The notes beneath the pieces were generated by a model, which saw only the letters and a program-made list of their open reading frames with translations, searched no databases and had not been told where the DNA came from. Source: Macrostomum lignano (taxonomy: Eukaryota). Taken from it: 64,000 nucleotides of DNA. The stretch lies in assembly GCA_002269645.1 (NCBI GenBank), contig NIVC01003757.1, forward strand, positions 14,418 to 78,417. The letters are read 5' to 3'. A program made the translations under genes and the position numbers. This document shows, piece after piece, positions 1-13,362 of the stretch. Each line of letters begins with the position of its first letter. Positions within the stretch are counted from its first letter, which is position 1.

Positions 1-140
1 TTGTACCTGTTCTTGCACCTAATTACCGGTTCTTGTAACTGTTCTCACACCTAATTACCCGGTTCTTGTACCTGTTCCCGCACCTAATTACCTGGTTCTT
101 GTACCTGCTATCATACCTAATAATCCGTTCCTGTACTTAT
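1..140. repeat. Degenerate ~31-bp tandem repeat truncated by the window edge
   Basis: Recurrent GTTCTTGTACCTGTTC..CACCTAATTAC. Confidence 0.7.
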
Positions 141-3100
141 TCTGCAACATTGGATTAAATTTATCTCAATTTCAAGCATTTAAGCCAGCGCTCATCTTTG
201 ATTTATTGATAGCTCGCATAATTTCCCTTTCAATATTTAATCCATTGATCGCATCCCAGCTAATCCAACTCCTATCAATCTTTAGTTTACATGGCCGGAT
301 GAGAACGGGGACAGGCAGGAGTCGCACTGATTCCTCATCAGGCTCTTCCCCTCTTAATCCCGCCCGCCAGCATCGGCTCCCTCATCATCCCATTGTCGCT
401 ATGCGGGATTCTGTGGGCGCAAAGCTGATTAGCTCAGGGGAACACGCCAATTTTTCTCCCACCCACATCGTTGCGTGTTTTCCGGAAGAAGCAAAGTGAG
501 CACTGCTCTGCTGCTGCTGCTGCAGCTCACGGCAGCAAAATGCGTGACAGCCCCAATCGCAGGGTCAGCCCCGACTGAGCAGACGTGCACGACTCGATAG
601 AAGGTAAAAATATGGATCTAGGACGAGGTAAAGGTTATGGTGGGATAATTTGAGCCCGATGAAAAAGTATAGAGAGAGAGAGAGAGAAAGCACAGTGAGG
701 ATCACAATGGCAGCACAGATCCCACACGGATGGAGGACATCCGCGTGGTGGCCACCCACATCCCCCGAGCAGTTCTCCTCACTTCCCGGCTTCCTGTTTC
801 CTCTTCGCTAGCCCAGCTCACGGGTTTCCAGCCCGAAAAAAATATATAAATAAATGGATTCGCAATAAATTCTAACGCTTTCGCCTCCCAACTACCCGTA
901 TATGAAAGTTAAGTGCGCGGAATTAGTCTCACTGCATCACCCTGTCACCCCTTTCTGAGCCCGCATTCAGCCTCCAATCGTGTGCTCAGTTTGCGTCACG
1001 AAACGGCGTTGGCGGAGGGGGGGAGTCGTTTGAGCCCTACGGCAATTTTTAGCTACTTAATTTTCTAGGAAAAGTCATAAAAAACGCGTTGAATTTCGCA
1101 AAAACAAACAACAATTCGACGGCAGGCGCAGCGGGTAAAGTGCCGAATGGTCGGGCGGGTTGTTGTGCAATTCGAATTTCGCACTGACTGGTGGACTGTC
1201 TCCCACAGGCAAGGGTGCCGGTCACTTGCTGCCCTCGAGCTCAACAAGTCCATGTAGGGTAGGGTGATTCAGATTGGGGCCAATAAAAATAAACCACCCC
1301 GATTTCCACCAGGTGTGTTGCGCGAGAGAGTCCATTGTTTTCATTTAATCCAACTGCGCAGGCATATGGGAACCGAATTGATTTTAACAACAACAAAGAT
1401 AGACACAGATTTTCAAACTGTTAGTTAGTAGAGCCGGTGACCAAGTCAAACATGACTGGAGATGGTGCGGCAGGGAGCAGAGCAAACAGGCGCCACTTCT
1501 CAGCCCCCCAACTGTTTATTCTGCCAACTCTCTCCAGCCACTGTTTTTGATTCTTCACTCAGCCAGTTGAGATGCTGAGAGCTGAGCTGCTGCTGTCGCT
1601 GAGCCCTATAATTTGCTATTATTAGAGAGCCACTCCAGTTCGGTCAAGTGAAAACTCGCGGGCCCCCTGTGCACCGGCGGGCTGCATCCAGAAATGCAGA
1701 CACTCTCTCTCCCTCTCTGACACACAATAGGCCATTTCGGAGCTTTCTGTCAATAATAAATACTGAATGAGTAACAAAAAGAAGGCAAATATGCGCTGCT
1801 AACTGGCTGAGGCTCAGACTAAAGTGTCTTGGACAAATTTGGTCTAGGAAATTAGCCGCAGTATCTGATCTAACCTGACCTGACAGTAGGCGCTAAGCAG
1901 TAGGCATTGGTACAGTGGCGAAATTGTGCGTGTTTGCTTCATCTCTTCACCGGCTGACTGACAGATCGACAATGAAAAGAGAGTAAAAATTGACTCAGTG
2001 TGTTTTGTTGGAGTCACACGGCAGCTGTGCTGGGCACAGATTTTGATGCAGACGGAAAACTGAGAGGGTTGAAGCCGCACCAAAAGCTTGGAGATGACTA
2101 GCCTTCTTAGTTTCCATTCTCTCATCATGAAATCCGGCGTTGAACTCTTTCACCTCACTAACAAGGAATTTGATGGTGACAAAAGATGGCCCTCTGAATG
2201 CAATAATGGCATAGTGACAGCTTGGCCTGCCACTTGTCGTAATGAAAGACGCTGCTGCCTAAAAACTGTAAGTTTGAGGCGATTTGGCCCAGGCTTGCAC
2301 TGTAAACAAAGGCGACGGGACGATCAACTTTCAAATGGTTTTGAATTGAAATCATTTCTCATTTTTTTCCTCAAAAATCCCCCGATTTCCCGGTGCCAAG
2401 CCAGCTATCGAGTGTCAAGAACTGGCCAAAAAAATCTTTCCAAACTAAGATTTCGGCTATGAGGCTCATGCTGAACGAACTCGGAACACAGAGTATGAGG
2501 TGGGAAGAGACGAGACAGAATCCCTCCCGTGGTCCGGCTCTTTTTGATGGGAGGCGCGCAGTGTGGAACAGAGAAGAGCTGCGGAGTGGAGGAGCAGCCC
2601 TTTGTCTCAGCGGCATTGTCAGTCAGGGCCGCCACTTCAGCCATCGCCCCCCCTTTCCAACCGCCGATGTCTCTCAACAACACGCAGTTGTTTCTCCCGG
2701 CTCTGCAGGACAGAGTCTATCAGCGATCCCCTTCGGGCGGCATTGTCGGCTTAGTTTGGGATTTCTGCCGGCTGCATCAAACCAATAGACTCATCGCAAC
2801 CCCATCTCGCCCTGCTCAGGACGCGACTGGACTGGCTGCTGCTGCTGCTGCTGCTGAGTGCCTGCCCTGTCGGAAGTCCCTGAGTTTTGTCAGACGGCAA
2901 GCAGGGCAGCCGCAGATGTGTGAACTGGCCGGGAGAAACTGCAGACTGGCCGGGCAGGCAGGGAAAGGCCGGCACAACAGCTTGAGGACTTTCTCTCTCT
3001 CCGCTGCCAGAGACTCTCACTTAAGCAGAGAAGCAGAGCGACTTGAAGATTTCACTACGCAGCTCAAAAGCCGTGGCAAGCAGACCACTCAAAGCTTCCA

Positions 3101-5876
3101 GTTTCTCCCTTTCAAACGTTCCGCACAGTTCAACTGAAGCGTGTCCGTTCACACTTTTTCCCCTCAATCCTCAACGCAATTTTTAAGCAGTTTAAGAGGC
3201 CTTTGCATCGCGAGCAGCCCGTGTCAGGCAGCCAGCAGATGCAACATTGGAAAGTGGAGCTAGCGACCTGCCCCCACTACTATTCAGCGAGACCAGCTTT
3301 AGAATTGGCAGCGCAATGGCAGAAAATGGAGAGTGAACTTGAACAAAAGAGATGGGTAGAGATAGCGATAGAGAGAGCTTTCACTCGGCAGTCGGGCAAC
3401 GGGAGAGCTGACCTGCTAGGCCGGCGGACGCCGCTGCGGTGCCCCAGGGAGAGTGGCGTCCCGCTGTGCTTCCTGACCTACTCTCTCTCGCTCTCTTTCT
3501 CTCCGTCCCTCTCCCTCTCTCACTCTGCTAGTTGCTGGCACACCCACGGAGCCGGCCGGCGCCCCTGGCTGCAACAGAGACAATCGGAATAATTTACGAA
3601 GAACTTTCACTCCGGCAGTTGCTGGCGGGTCGGTCAATTTGGCTGCGACGGTAGGTTCTCAGCTCCCCAGCTGGTTGGCATTTCACTTCACTTCACTGTT
3701 TGCATCGCCCCCACTTGCCGCGCTATTTTGAAACAAACTGCTGCTGGGGCGGCAGGTGATGGAAAGTTATATAGCATTCAGAGCTGAGCAGAGGAGAATT
3801 GGACAGTGGAGGAGAGAGTGCATGCGTGGGATGGCGATAGACCGGCATTCCAGTTCCCCCGCGCAGAGACCTGTGCAATTATATTAAGCTAGAAAATTTG
3901 TGATGCAACTCTCTGAGCTCAGCTATGCAGTTGTAGTAGGCCAGGATTATGCAATTTATAATATCCTGCTCAGCTTAGCTAGCTCAGGTGTTATCAGTAG
4001 TTGAGCATCTTTAAGACAGAGGCTCAATGTGCTATGGCCTATGAGCTTGACCCAGTTTTCAATGCAACGTTTTTAATAATAAGTAAGCTGTGTTGCAAAA
4101 CCTAACGCTTCACTTGTCAATTCCGATTGTACAGCATTGTCAGTCTGCGTTATCGTTAACCGATTAACCCCTACCTGGTGCCGCCTCCCTGACTGCCTGC
4201 ATGTGAGCAGCAAAGTATAACTGCAACGGGTCCTTTCACTGCAACAACTCGCGAATCTCGCCTGAGTCTCGCTTCAAAGGACACCATAGGTTCGATTCCG
4301 CATTAATTTGGAGGCTTGTTGTGACAACCAACGTGACGGCATAGAGTAATTACCAAGAAAGTACCAGAGAGAAAAGAATTTTACTCAAGAGTATTCTCAA
4401 ACTCGCATCACTAGCACTACCATTGTTACGGAGCGTTGCCCCCCCCCCACTGAGTGGGCAAAAGCAGGCGAACAATTTCTATTTCACTTCCACTTCAGAC
4501 CGAACCGACCTCCCTTGCAACTAATTCTGCTGCAGCCTACAGTGGATGCTCTTTCGCCAGTGGAAATCCAATGAACCGCTGGGCATTGTGCTTGTTGTCG
4601 CATGCCCCCACCGAAAGGCTCAAAAAAACAGAATATGAGAGAAGCGCAAAGAGAAAAGAGAATTACCGGCCTCTGACACCCTGCAGCACCGCGCCGCCCC
4701 CCTCGATTGAGTTCGCCCCCACCCCCCTATGTTCCAATCTCTTTCAACTATTTTTCATCTTAAACAATTTCTTTACCAAATTGAAGAATAGATTTAGAGA
4801 AGAAGCGTTTCGGTTTTACACGCCCAGATACACAGCGGCAGGGTGTCAAATGCTGGGGCTTGGTGTGCGAGAGGCGCCCAGCTGCATACTGTCTGTGGAA
4901 CAGCTACTCGCATTCTCAAAATTAAATAAATTGGAATTCTGCACACCTTGCTCTTTTTGTTTAACAAGTTAAGCGTGCGGAGAGAAGTAAGACAGAAGAT
5001 AAATGAGTTTGAAGCCAAGACTACGCACTCATGTTGGATAGGCTGTATGCGAGCTGGCTCACGAACCCCTACCGAGGGACCATAAATGCCGAGTCCCGGT
5101 ACACTACAGTATGAACCTTCGGGGCATCTTCAACCGAAAGGAAAGTCTCCAGAAAAAATAAGGAAGCTGTTGTTATGCATGATGAGGCCAACAGCGCACA
5201 TTCACCCCCCCTCTTTGGCGGCAAAGTGAGGTGAAAGAGCTGGACCTGGCTGACTCACTGGAGCAGCTCAAGTTATGATAAAGAGATGCACCATTCAACC
5301 ATGCGGCCACCCTATAGAATGCAAAATTGATTCTCAATCAGGCGGGCAGAGCAGCAGGGCTGCCTCAATGCCGTGACGGGTCAGAATAGCGATAAGCTGT
5401 GGGATAACTTTTCTGAGGGGACGGTAGGTTTCATTTCCCCCTACCCACACCCACCTGAACTCTCCGTTAGAGCCCTGGGCAACAGCATTGCTCAGGAGCC
5501 AGCGGGGTGAGAGAGAGAGAGCCGCCGCGATGAGATCTCTCGGGTGCCGCCCGGCAGCGTCTCACTAAGTCCCCAACTCCCCCCTAGCATTAAAAATCCC
5601 AGGCATTGTTGCCAGAGTCCTGGGATGAACCGTTGCGTCAACACACAATGCCTTGCTGACCGGTGGGTTAAATTGATTGGATAAACGGGACAGGAAGCCG
5701 CCTGTTACTCACGTGATCATGGAAGCAACACGCTTTACCTCACGATAGAGTCACTTGACATCACATGCTTTGTTTTTGTTAGCGAATTCAAAGTGCTCTG
5801 TGACATTGTGAACTTGGTTAAACTAACTCCAGGGAAACTATTACCAACCCGATAAGGGCATATCAAGAGTTTTTGA

Positions 5877-5900
5877 GTAAACGGCGGGAGTAACTATGAC
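5877..5900 (+). other. 24-nt exact fragment of eukaryotic 28S rRNA (helix 69 region)
   Basis: GTAAACGGCGGGAGTAACTATGAC is identical to the conserved LSU segment just upstream of the I-PpoI/R2 site (recalled sequence). The flanks are not rRNA-like. Confidence 0.7.
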
Positions 5901-5936
5901 GCATTTAGACTCGCCACCTAATAAATGTAGTCTTAC

Positions 5937-6337
5937 CTGCCGACCGTCAACTGAGCAATGGCGCACTGTCAGATTCCTCGGCAGTCCGACAGCGGTGGAT
6001 GCCGGGGAGGCGGGCCGATTGGGCACAATGTAGGTGGTCGCCCGCTCCAGCTCTTCCCCGGTGGTCGGCGTCACCTGCTGCGACTGCTGACGGCGCACTG
6101 ATGGCGAGGACGACGATGAAAAAATTGAGGACGCCGATGTTGGCGAATGCGGCTCCGCTTTCGGCTGCTGCTGCTGCGAGGCCGGCGGAGGCGGCGGAGT
6201 GGAGTTGCTGGGACTGCTATCGGGCAGAGAGGTTGTTGACTGGGAAAGATGCTGCTGCTGCTGCTGATGCTGCTGATGCTGTTGCTGCTGCTGCTGCAGG
6301 GCACTCGCCAACACAGCTGGACCCGATTGCTGGGAGG
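5937..6337 (-). CDS. PRDM1: Internal coding exon of a PRDM1/Blimp-1-like transcription factor (Q/S/P-rich N-terminus plus the start of the PR/SET region); downstream exons are presumably left of the window
   Basis: Translation ends ...TGEELERATTYIVPNRPASPASTAVGLPRNLTVRHCSVDGRQ. This parallels human PRDM1 TEAEFEEKCTYIVNDHP...SLPRNLLFKYATNSEE (recalled, not aligned by tool). Acceptor ttccgcag| at 6338/6337 follows an in-frame TGA. Donor CAG|GTAAGA at 5937/5936 is phase 0, just before where the PR-domain V-x-GV...IPKGTRFGP segment should begin. I did not find an FGP-type next exon in 1-5936. Confidence 0.7.
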
Positions 6338-7395
6338 CTGCGGAATCAGTTTGAGTTGAGTTGATGAAGCATCATCTTAAGCAGTTTAGCACCGCGGAAT
6401 TAAGGTTGGGGGCGGGAGGGGGAGCTGCCCCTGACGTTGAGATTATTGCTCAACTGCAATTGGGGATTTGCCCCCCCGCCCCACCTGGCAAAAATGGTAG
6501 GGGCCATGTCCCATGACATAGTTACTTTAAAGCAGGAACGAAAAAAGCAAGCAATGGCAGGTGCTTCGGGTGTTAGGTGGCAGCAGATCTCCTTTGAGAA
6601 GAAAAGTTGAAGAAAAGCAAACATTTGAATCAGGTGGGCCTACCGAATAGCATGGCTGAAGGTATATATATACCTGTGTATTTATTTCACTTACCAAGAA
6701 AGTAGGAGCCAACCACCATTTATAGGCGGAGCTGGGGTGTATCGCGTTAAGCCGTAGAACAGTGATTTTTAATCTGTTTGCCTGTCAGCTACTAGTTTGA
6801 GCTGCCGTCTTTCAGTAGCATTGCAAATCAATATTATAGAGAAAGCTGAGTAAAGGTGAAGGTGTTTTACAGTCTAGGCTTTTTGTTAAGTTTCTTGCTT
6901 TCACTGCGGTGTTGTTTAACCGGTGTCCTTGGTTTTGTGATGGGGCGGAGGCGGAGGTAATTCTATATTAGCTTGATTTGAAAGTGTCCAGCTAAATATT
7001 TGGGAGAGTCGAGAGAGAGAGGTTGGGGAGGGTGAAAGCAGCAGACAGGGGGCTTTGCTGGGGGGTTGAGGCGGGCGGTGCCTCATCTTGCTTCCCTTTC
7101 CATTCTGATTTCACCCCCTGCCCCAGCCACCCGGTCTCAAACTCATTGGCTGACGCCAAGCGAGAGTTTGACAGCTCATTGGCTCAACGGTGAAACGGTC
7201 TTTTCTTGCTGGGCCCGGTTTTGAGCAGCCCTCCTCCCCCCCACAAATGCGACTCGCTGAGCCCCGGCCTTTGCTCACTCTCGCTTTGCTTTCCACCGTA
7301 GCGAGAAAGAAAGAGGACCATCCAATCAAGTTTAAGCAGCTTGAGCAGACTGGCTGAGTAGTCTAGTTGGCGTGCGAATTGCTCCCTGGTAACCC

Positions 7396-7949
7396 TAGAC
7401 AGAGGGTGTTAGAGAGAGGGTGTTAGACAGAGGGTGTTAGACAGAGGGTGTTAGACAGAGGGTGTTAAACAGAGGGTGTTAGACAGAGGGTGTTAGACAG
7501 AGGGTGTTAGACAGAGGGTGTTAAACAGAGGGTGTTAAACAGAGGGTGTTAGACAGAGGGTGTTAGACAGAGGGTGTTAGACAGAGGGTGTTAGACAGAG
7601 GGTGTTAAACAGAGGGTGTTAGACAGAGGGTGTTAGACAGAGGGTGTTAGACAGAGGGTGTTAAACAGAGGGTGTTAAACAGAGGGTGTTAGACAGAGGG
7701 TGTTAGACAGAGGGTGTTAGACAGAGGGTGTTAGACAGAGGGTGTTAAACAGAGGGTGTTAGACAGAGAGTGTTAGACAGAGGGTGTTAGACAGAGGGTG
7801 TTAGACAGAGGGTGTTAAACAGAGGGTGTTAGACAGAGGGTGTTAGACAGAGGGTGTTAGACAGAGGGTGTTAGACAGAGGGTGTTAGACAGAGGCTGTT
7901 AGACAGAGGGTGTTAGACAGAGGCTGTTAGACAGAGGGTGTTAGACAGA
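7396..7949. repeat. 14-bp minisatellite (TGTTAGACAGAGGG)n, ~39 copies
   Basis: Directly visible; occasional TTAAAC variant. Confidence 0.95.
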
Positions 7950-8899
7950 AGGATGTTAAAGTAATGACGAAATGAGAACTACTTCGGAGCCCCGATGTTT
8001 GTGAGCCCGAGAGTTATCCCAATCTCTCTTCCAGTCTCTTCTTCATCACCTATCCAGCATCCGTGTCATTGTCAAAATCGGAATTCGAAAGTCCCATCTT
8101 TGATCCGGAACTGAAAGAAACGGTTTAATTTCTATCCATCACTTGAAGCGGAACCGATTTTGTTATAAATCATCCGTTCCCCCCTTGCATCCCCACAGTC
8201 CCGCAGTGTATTGTCCCGAGATGCCATGCAGAATCCCAGTTCTTAGACACCTGCTCCCCAGCCGAGCGCAACGGAGATCGATTAGATTGGGGAGGCCTTT
8301 TTGAGAACATTTTTTGGTTGAGCAGGCGACAGGCGATGGACAGGTAGAGAGGCAGAGCAAAGGTCGTCCTTAACACAGGTTTTTGCCCATTCAATTTCGA
8401 AGCGGAGTTTTTTTGCCCTTTCACCCGAGCGCTCAAGTCTGCCACATCATCATAATGCGCCCCATGGACCATGGGCTGATCACTCGATGAGATAAGATTT
8501 GAGAAAGCCCCGCTGAGATCCACACAGTTGAAATCGAATTGAAAATTTCAGAACCCATCAGCCGTGGGGGGAGGGGATTTCTATAGTTCTAAAAGGATCG
8601 ATTGATAGACAGATAGATCAACGTTTTTTGTCCCTCCCCTTAACCCCGATTTTTTGCGAGAGCAAAAGAAGTTTTTGTCTACACGCCCGAGTGGCTCTTG
8701 CGGTCTCATGGGGAACAATGAGAATTATTGTCACTTTCTGTTCCGGTGCTAATCAAGTAGGCCAGCCCCGCAGTGAAATATGATCTCGATGGCTATTGTT
8801 AGATTAGGTTGTAAAATTCCTGTCTACTGGTGGCCACTTAGCCCTCTGGGGTAATTACTTGTACTCGTAAAAAAATTGAGAACAAAGTACAAAATACAT

Positions 8900-9181
8900 G
8901 ATCTAAAATCTAGCGCATGACTGCGAGCCAGTGAGAGGAAAGGAGAGACAAGAGATGAGAGAGATGAGAGATGAAAGGATATATAAGAGAGGAGAGGGGA
9001 GATGATAGAGAAGAGGGGAGATGGGAGATGAGAGGGGAGAGGTGAGGAGAGGAGAAAAGAGAAGAGAGCTGAGAAGAGACACAAACCTTGAGCGGGCCGG
9101 ATTGCTATTGTGAAGTTTCACGCACCCCGAGAGCCGGATAGAGGTAGAGAGGCTTCGCGGGCCGTAGTTTGCCTAGACCTG
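8900..9181 (-). mobile_element. hAT-like MITE copy (same family as 9866-10088)
   Basis: The reverse complement shares GGCAAACTACGGCCC...CTCTATCCGGC...GAAACTTCACAATAGCAATCCGGCCCGCTCAAGGTTTGTGTC, the CT-rich tract and GCAGTCATG. Confidence 0.75.
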
Positions 9182-9865
9182 AATTACCGGTAAATAACTG
9201 AAGTCAAATGTCTTCAGGTTCAGGTATTATGGGAGTTAGGTTCGTTCACAGTCACACTAACTGGGGTGTGCAAGCTCTAGACTATATCTACTTACTTAGT
9301 TTTATTTTGAGACAAAAAGATAACAGAAATCCGCAGATCTTATTTTTAGCCGTGCAATGTACATACACTAGTCGCCAATGTACATTGATTGTGTTTCTAG
9401 TGGAGGAGGCGGCTGCCTTAAGCCGGGCCCCCCTGCTCATCCCCCACCCACGGCCGCCTCACGCATCAGGATGTACATACAGTTAATGTACATACAGATA
9501 TTAGAAGAGAATCGAGAAATCTGTGGGAATGCTGCGAGCGTCGCCCTATAGTATAAACAAGCAAGATTTTCATTTTTAGTATATGGATTCCAGATTTATC
9601 TTCCAGCCATTTAGACTTTTTGCTTTTAAAGTCGTGTTAAACCTAAAAATTAGGATTCCAAACTTTAATTAATGGTCGGCCATCTTAGGGGGGATCCCCA
9701 TGACCCCCGAGACTGCGCCACTACGATTGTCAGCCAATCAAGCCATTTGACTGCCGGCCTTAATCTTAATCTTGGCCTTAAACTCCAAAACACTAACGCT
9801 AATCTAAACTTGTTGGCAGTCAAATGAGTGGCCTGCTAGCCGAATTTCAGGGTCGCGTTGTTATG

Positions 9866-10088
9866 CAGGGGTTGGCAAACTGCGGCCCACCGAGCCTCTC
9901 TATCCGGCACTCGGGTCCTCTGAAACTTCACAATAGCAATCCGGCCCCGCTCAAGGTTTGTGTCGCTTCTCAGCTCTCTTCTCTAATCTCCTCTCTCCTA
10001 TCTCTTCTCTCCTCTCCTCTCTTTTCTATTCCATCTCCTCTCTCCCCTCATTTGTCCCGCAGTCATGGGATAGATCTGCCAACCCCTG
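9866..10088 (+). mobile_element. Complete 223-bp hAT-like MITE
   Basis: 12-bp terminal inverted repeat CAGGGGTTGGCA...TGCCAACCCCTG, with ends resembling hAT-Charlie non-autonomous elements and an internal CT-rich tract. No 8-bp TSD is visible. Confidence 0.75.
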
Positions 10089-11544
10089 ATATATTGTATC
10101 TGAGCCTGAGCATTCAAAAAGCAAGAAATCTCTAAGTAATGCACTGTTTTATATGATACAAAGGTTGTTATTGTTGTTATTGCATCGTATCCTAGCAGAC
10201 GTTTGGGGATTCGGGAAAATGGAGGACGGGGGGAGTATCTTCTTTGCGTCAAGGAAAGCAAAGCCACAGGAGGAAAATAGAAGATCTTCGGAGCTGCTAA
10301 GATTCTTGGTACAGATAAAAGAAAGTAAGAAAAGAGCTTGATATACAACCGGCTTGCTTGAGAAAGCAATTCTCCTCGGCTCCGAATGGAAAAATAGATG
10401 TCACTGATGAAGAGCAATCAAGGCGGTAAACTTACTGGCGGAACTGTTTTTCTGCCCAACCGAACCGAGTGGCCTTATAAATGAACAAAGTTATTTACGT
10501 GAACATGATAGCACTTACTGGACTCTGGGAAATTTTCATGTCTGCCTAGTCAGGCTGCAGGTGTTTTTCTTCTTTGTAAACTTAGAAAGTACATTAAAGT
10601 ACGTTTTTTTGCACAATAACAAACCTGTTTGATGTAGAAATTTTCATAGTTCTCCTAGTCACTTGGCTTCATAAACTCCAACACAATCTCCAATCCGGTA
10701 GCTGAAAAATCACAGACCATCGGCAGCCACCCGCCATCACGCCAATTAAAACGCCATCCACTGGGCTTGAGCACATTGAGCAGCTCGTCCTGGCAACTAG
10801 GATTGAAGGATCAAATAAGCTTTTACAGAAAAAAATTGGCTAGGGTTGTTTTCCACTTCGTTTACGCCAGGAAATTCCCTCATTCGTTGCAGTTCCACGG
10901 CGACACACAAGTTGGAGTCTAACGAATACTTTTGAAGAGTTCAATGATCATTTTACTTGGCCAAGTGTCTGCGAGCCGGCTCGATGCGGTAGCTTGAGGC
11001 CTAATTAGGCTGGAACAGTTTCATAGACTCGAGTAAAAAGGTGTTCGGCCGTGTGACACCCCACCAAGGCAGGCGCCACTCGAATGTGAGGTGCAATGGA
11101 TGGATAAATTGGTGGATGAGCTCGTGGTCGGCCGGCTTCTCAAGAGGTCCGAGAGCATAAGAAGAGGTTGGCGACAAAAAGTAGACCATAGACCCGGATT
11201 TCCAGGCCTTGGCAATCGTGCGCTGCGCGAGCGAACAAATTAGCCAAGCCAATGAGACCATAGAGATTGCTCTCCTATTATACCTTTTTTCAAGATTCCT
11301 CTCAGCTCGAGTTTTCCAAGTTTCAACGACGCCGCGCTTCCTAATGATCTCTGCTCTACTCTTGGATTTCGCAGCCTCGAGCCGGCGCCGCCATCAACAG
11401 CCCACTCTAGAGTCTAGATCTTCCCAGAGTACTATCAAAACAGGCTTTTTGCCCTAGGCAACTAGACAATGTCAGGTGGTCTCTACCTATAACCCTTGGA
11501 AGAATCTCTGCCTTCCTCTGCTGTCTCTTCCTTCGGTGGAGTCT

Positions 11545-12430
11545 CTATCCTCAGTGGAGTCTACCCTCAGTGGAGTGTCCACCTTCAGTGGAGTGTCTGC
11601 CCTCAGTGGAGTGTCTGCCCTCAGTGGAGTATCTACGGCCTCAGTGGAGTGTCCACCCTCAGTGGAGTGTCTACCCTGAGTGGAGTGTCTACCCTCAGTG
11701 GAGTGTCTACCCTCAGTGGAGTGTCTACCCTGAGTGGAGTGTCTACCCTCAGTCGAGTGTCTACCCCCTCAGTGGAGTGTCTACTCTCAGTGGAGTGTCC
11801 ACCCTCAGTGGAGTGTCTACTCTCAGTGGAGTGTCCACCCTCAGTGGAGTGTCTACCCTCAGTGGCGTGTCTACCCTCAGTCGAGTGTCTACCCTCAGTG
11901 GCGTGTCTACCCTCAGTCGAGTGTCTACCCTCAGTGGAGTGTCTACCCTCAGTGGAGTGTCCACCCTCAGTGGAGTGTCTACTCTCAGTGGAGTGTCCAC
12001 CCTCAGTGGAGTGTCTACTCTCAGTGGAGTGTCTACCCTCAGTGGAGTGTCTACCCTCTGTGGAGTGTCTACCCTCTGTGGAGTGTCTACCCTCAGTGGA
12101 GTGTCCACCCTCTGTGGAGTGTCTACCCTCTGTGGAGTGTCTACCCTCAGTCGAGTGTCTACCGTCAGTGGAGTGTCCACCCTCTGTGGAGTGTCTACCC
12201 TCTGTGGAGTGTCTACCCCCTCAGTCGACTGTCTACCCCCTCAGTCGACTGTCTACCCCCTCAGTCGAGTGTCTACCCTCAGTGGAGTGTCTACCCCCTC
12301 AGTCGAGTGTCTACCCTCAGTGGAGTGTCTACCCTCAGTGGAGTGTCTACCCTCAGTCGAGTGTCTACCCTCAGTGGAGTGTCTACCCTCAGTCGAGTGT
12401 CTACCCTCAGTCGAGTGTCTACCCTCAGTG
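11545..12430. repeat. 18-bp minisatellite (CTACCCTCAGTGGAGTGT)n
   Basis: Directly visible; explains the overlapping SVECLP / SGVSTL / PQWSVY ORFs. Confidence 0.95.
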
Positions 12431-13362
12431 GGTCGTGAGTCGTGATGAAGTTTAGGGAGGCTGTTTCACATCCCCCAATTCACACTCCCCAAATTCACAC
12501 TCCCCAAATTTACATCCGGTGTGAAAAAGCAGTTTATGAAAGCGGGTGATGATATTAATAGTTTAGCTTTTTATATCCCGTTACTCCCTGGCTAGGATAA
12601 TAGATAGATGTAGAACTAAATGCCTATGCCGGTGCCGGGATGACACAGTGTATTTCGCCGCTTTCCCTTATACAATACACAGTATGTATGAACTGAGACC
12701 TATGCATTATTATATATAGTCTAGCCCTGCCCATAACCGTATCAATATCAATTGAAAAGCTCCAACCGACTGAAGGAACTGGAAACCCGGCAGTCCAACC
12801 CTCGGAACCTGGGAACAAAACGGCTGAGCAAGGGGAGGGGAGAGGAGTTACCAGACTACCAGACAGGGGGAGAAGAGCAGATCTCTTCTAAGCAGAGACC
12901 CGCCCGAGACTGGACAATAGAGAGTTGGAGTGGAGGTTGAGCAGCTTGCTTGTGAATTTGAAAGGAAGAGTATATTTATGAGCAGGATCAAGTCTGAAAG
13001 GGGACTGGCGGGCAAGAAGGAAACGGGCCGTTTCTCTACCAGCATGCACTGCCGCCGCCACCGCGTTTGAATATGCATTTGACGCTTGAATTATTGCCGG
13101 GGTCCGCTGGAGGGGTCGGGCATTATAGAGCCGCTTGTGGGAAAGAATAGATTTTTAATGTAGTCGAGACTCATGGACTACCAGCTAGTAGTAATTGGAG
13201 TGGAAACTGCCGGACTTGCGGTTCATTTCAAGTAGCGCATTCTCACCTATGTCTAAGTCACACGCTAAATTGATAAAGGGATCGGGTAGCTACACGAGTA
13301 ATAAGGAGAGTTTTTCGGAATACGAAAGTCCAGAATCAGCAGGTTATACAGTCCATTTAGTG

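Noticed and set aside
4270-4310. GGTTCGATTCC as a tRNA gene
   Set aside because: No cloverleaf or A-box; the following CATTAATTTGG matches the SINE family, so at most a SINE fragment.
3600-5240. AGTGAAAG/AAGTGAA-like motifs as Blimp-1 autoregulatory sites
   Set aside because: Short, degenerate and expected by chance; cannot be supported without conservation or ChIP data.
8170-8523. 117-aa minus-strand ORF as an extra Blimp-1 exon
   Set aside because: No recognisable homology, and the nearest acceptor is not phase-compatible with the flanking exons.
11001-11261. 86-aa minus-strand ORF with coding-like codons (LEKPADHELIHQFIHPLHLTFEW)
   Set aside because: No domain recognised and no convincing donor; could be revisited with RNA-seq.
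11496-12455. Long overlapping ORFs (319, 291, 234, 139 aa)
   Set aside because: Stop-free 18-bp satellite translated in several frames on both strands; no splice or domain context.
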